Shown: positions 62,639-64,000 of the stretch, in pieces
Position numbering within the stretch: the first letter of the stretch is position 1
Layout: each line of letters opens with the position of its first letter
Assembly: GCA_002391565.1 (NCBI GenBank)
Contig: DGFH01000301.1
Coordinates: forward strand, 8,122 to 72,121
Length of the DNA: 64,000 nt
Direction: 5' to 3'
From: Anaerolineales bacterium UBA3905
GTDB taxonomy: Bacteria > Chloroflexota > Anaerolineae > Caldilineales > Caldilineaceae
The notes under the pieces: generated by a model
The model's database searches: none
The model's input: only the letters and a program-made list of their open reading frames with translations
What the model was told of the DNA's origin: nothing
Position numbers and translations under genes: made by a program

Positions 62639-62793
62639 GATGGTTCCTCCCCAATTACCTGTAGCAGCTACCGCCTGCCGCCAGTTGCATGCCAGTATAC
62701 CACAGACGTTTGACAGAGCACCCCGGCCAAAGTAGAATCCAGGATGGAAGTCGACATTCGCCCGCATCACAAAATCAATCAGGAGGGAATCTC

Positions 62794-63780
62794 ATGCCTG
62801 TCAAGCGTTTCTGGCTCCTGGCCGCTCTGGCCGTACTCGCCGCCCTTATGCTGACCGGTTGCGGTGCACGCGCCGGCGCCGGGGAGACCGCCGCCGCCGC
62901 CACCGATGCGGCGCTGGCCGTCGATCTGCCAGCATTGACGATCGATTTCGATAGTGAAGGCGTCGCCAGCCTGGGTGGGGCGCCACTCTCTAGCTTTGGC
63001 GCACTGCTGCCTGCTGGTCTCGCCGATCTCAAACTCGACAAGGCGACCATCGCACAGTTAACCGCCGCCAACATTCAGCATATTCAGGTGACAACGGTGC
63101 CGAGCGGTCTGCTGATCATGGTCAACGGCGAGCCAATTCCGTCGATGCGCTGGAATGATGAGCAACTGGCAAACCTGGGCGATGTCGTCGAATTGCTTGG
63201 CCCGGCCGCGCCGGCTGCGCTCAAGGCCGTGCTCCCGATCATTACCGATGTCGGCGTAGGCGTGGCGCTGCGCTTCCCGGTTGGACAGGGCGCCGAGATG
63301 ATCCCCATGCAGGTGGCGGGCGATGCGTCAGCGGCTGCCACTGCGCGCGCTGCCCAGGAAGCGTTCATGACGAAGGTGGGTGCAGCGCCTGTGATCCGCA
63401 TTCCGGTGGTGTACGACATCGAGGGCAACTACACAGTGCAGGGCATCACCGACGCCGAGTGGCAGGCGCTGACAGGCGCACCTTTTGGACAACTAAAACT
63501 GAACGCACAGTTGGTGAAAGACGCTGTGGCAGCTGGCATCACGAACGCCACCGTGCGCACCGACGCGGCTGGCATCCACATCGCGCTCAACGGCAAAGAA
63601 TTGCCGGTGTTGGGGTGGGCGGATGGCGAGCTCAACCACCTGATCAAACTGGCGGCTGGCGCTGGTCTGCTGGACAGCACCGGCATGGATGGCGCCGCTA
63701 TTTCATCGCTGGTGAGCGCGCTGCTGCCCGCCATTCAGTCAAGCAACGTCGAAATTAACGTCTCTTTCCCGGCGCAGTAA
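62794..63780 (+). CDS. Lipoprotein with an internally duplicated domain
   Basis: AGGAGGG RBS; lipobox LTGC; two similar halves. Confidence 0.75.
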   Translation: MPVKRFWLLAALAVLAALMLTGCGARAGAGETAAAATDAALAVDLPALTIDFDSEGVASLGGAPLSSFGALLPAGLADLKLDKATIAQLTAANIQHIQVTTVPSGLLIMVNGEPIPSMRWNDEQLANLGDVVELLGPAAPAALKAVLPIITDVGVGVALRFPVGQGAEMIPMQVAGDASAAATARAAQEAFMTKVGAAPVIRIPVVYDIEGNYTVQGITDAEWQALTGAPFGQLKLNAQLVKDAVAAGITNATVRTDAAGIHIALNGKELPVLGWADGELNHLIKLAAGAGLLDSTGMDGAAISSLVSALLPAIQSSNVEINVSFPAQ

Positions 63781-63789
63781 TCGTCGTTG

Positions 63790-63827
63790 TGCGCCTTCCG
63801 CGAAGCAGACGCTTCGCGGAAGGCGCA
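63790..63827. repeat. REP-like perfect palindrome / bidirectional terminator
   Basis: TGCGCCTTCCGCGAAGC-AGAC-GCTTCGCGGAAGGCGCA, 17-bp arms, between convergent genes. Confidence 0.85.
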
Positions 63828-63871
63828 ACCGTCAGATTCGTGGCATCGTGTCTGCCGGCCATCACATCAAC

Positions 63872-64000
63872 TCAACGCCGCATAGCGGCCCGCCCCAGGC
63901 TGCGCACGGTGGCGATCAACGCCGCCGCCTCGGTTGCGCGCAAGCCGGCGCCGTGCAGCACAATCTCCACATGCACATCTTCTCGATCCGCCACGACGCT
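63872..64000 (-). CDS. 3' end of a CDS continuing beyond the window (product unknown)
   Basis: Open frame SVVADREDVHVEIVLHGAGLRATEAAALIATVRSLGRAAMRR* ending TGA at 63872. Confidence 0.5.
   Translation of the reverse strand, partial: SVVADREDVHVEIVLHGAGLRATEAAALIATVRSLGRAAMRR

Overview
GC-rich bacterial chromosome segment with about 50 CDSs. The gene families (Uma2, DUF11/Ig-like surface proteins, many Hanks kinases, YLP-type C-terminal tails) suggest Chloroflexota, possibly Caldilineaceae-like; this is inference. In order: ThiP/FbpB-type ABC permease and ATPase; yggS-proC-yggT operon extended by a lipoprotein, a zincin and an SH3-like membrane protein; a CPBP protease gene with an in-frame amber; tRNA-Asp(GTC); a phospho-signalling cluster (degenerate PyrD-like protein, two Ser/Thr kinases, FHA-wHTH regulator, ECF sigma with no adjacent anti-sigma, two metallophosphoesterases); acyl-CoA dehydrogenase; CSD-DUF1294 protein; GGT; two very large secreted proteins ending in YLPxxxR; eukaryote-type UGPase; ManA; a LacI-controlled sugar catabolic operon (frameshifted SBP, two permeases, Gfo/Idh, ThDP enzyme, ALDH, IlvD/Edd dehydratase); ALDH7; MenE-like ligase; FAD oxidoreductase; MOCOS-like PLP enzyme; TlpA; a membrane protein with a phage-like domain; a CBM9-like protein; hybrid histidine kinase; ThrC; patatin with a small Cys-rich partner; TrmI (probable frameshift); Uma2; lipoprotein. 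REP-like palindromes and heptamer tandem repeats are present. No CRISPR array, rRNA, transposase or integrase was seen. Three reading-frame lesions may be assembly errors. All functional calls come from motif recognition, not database searches.
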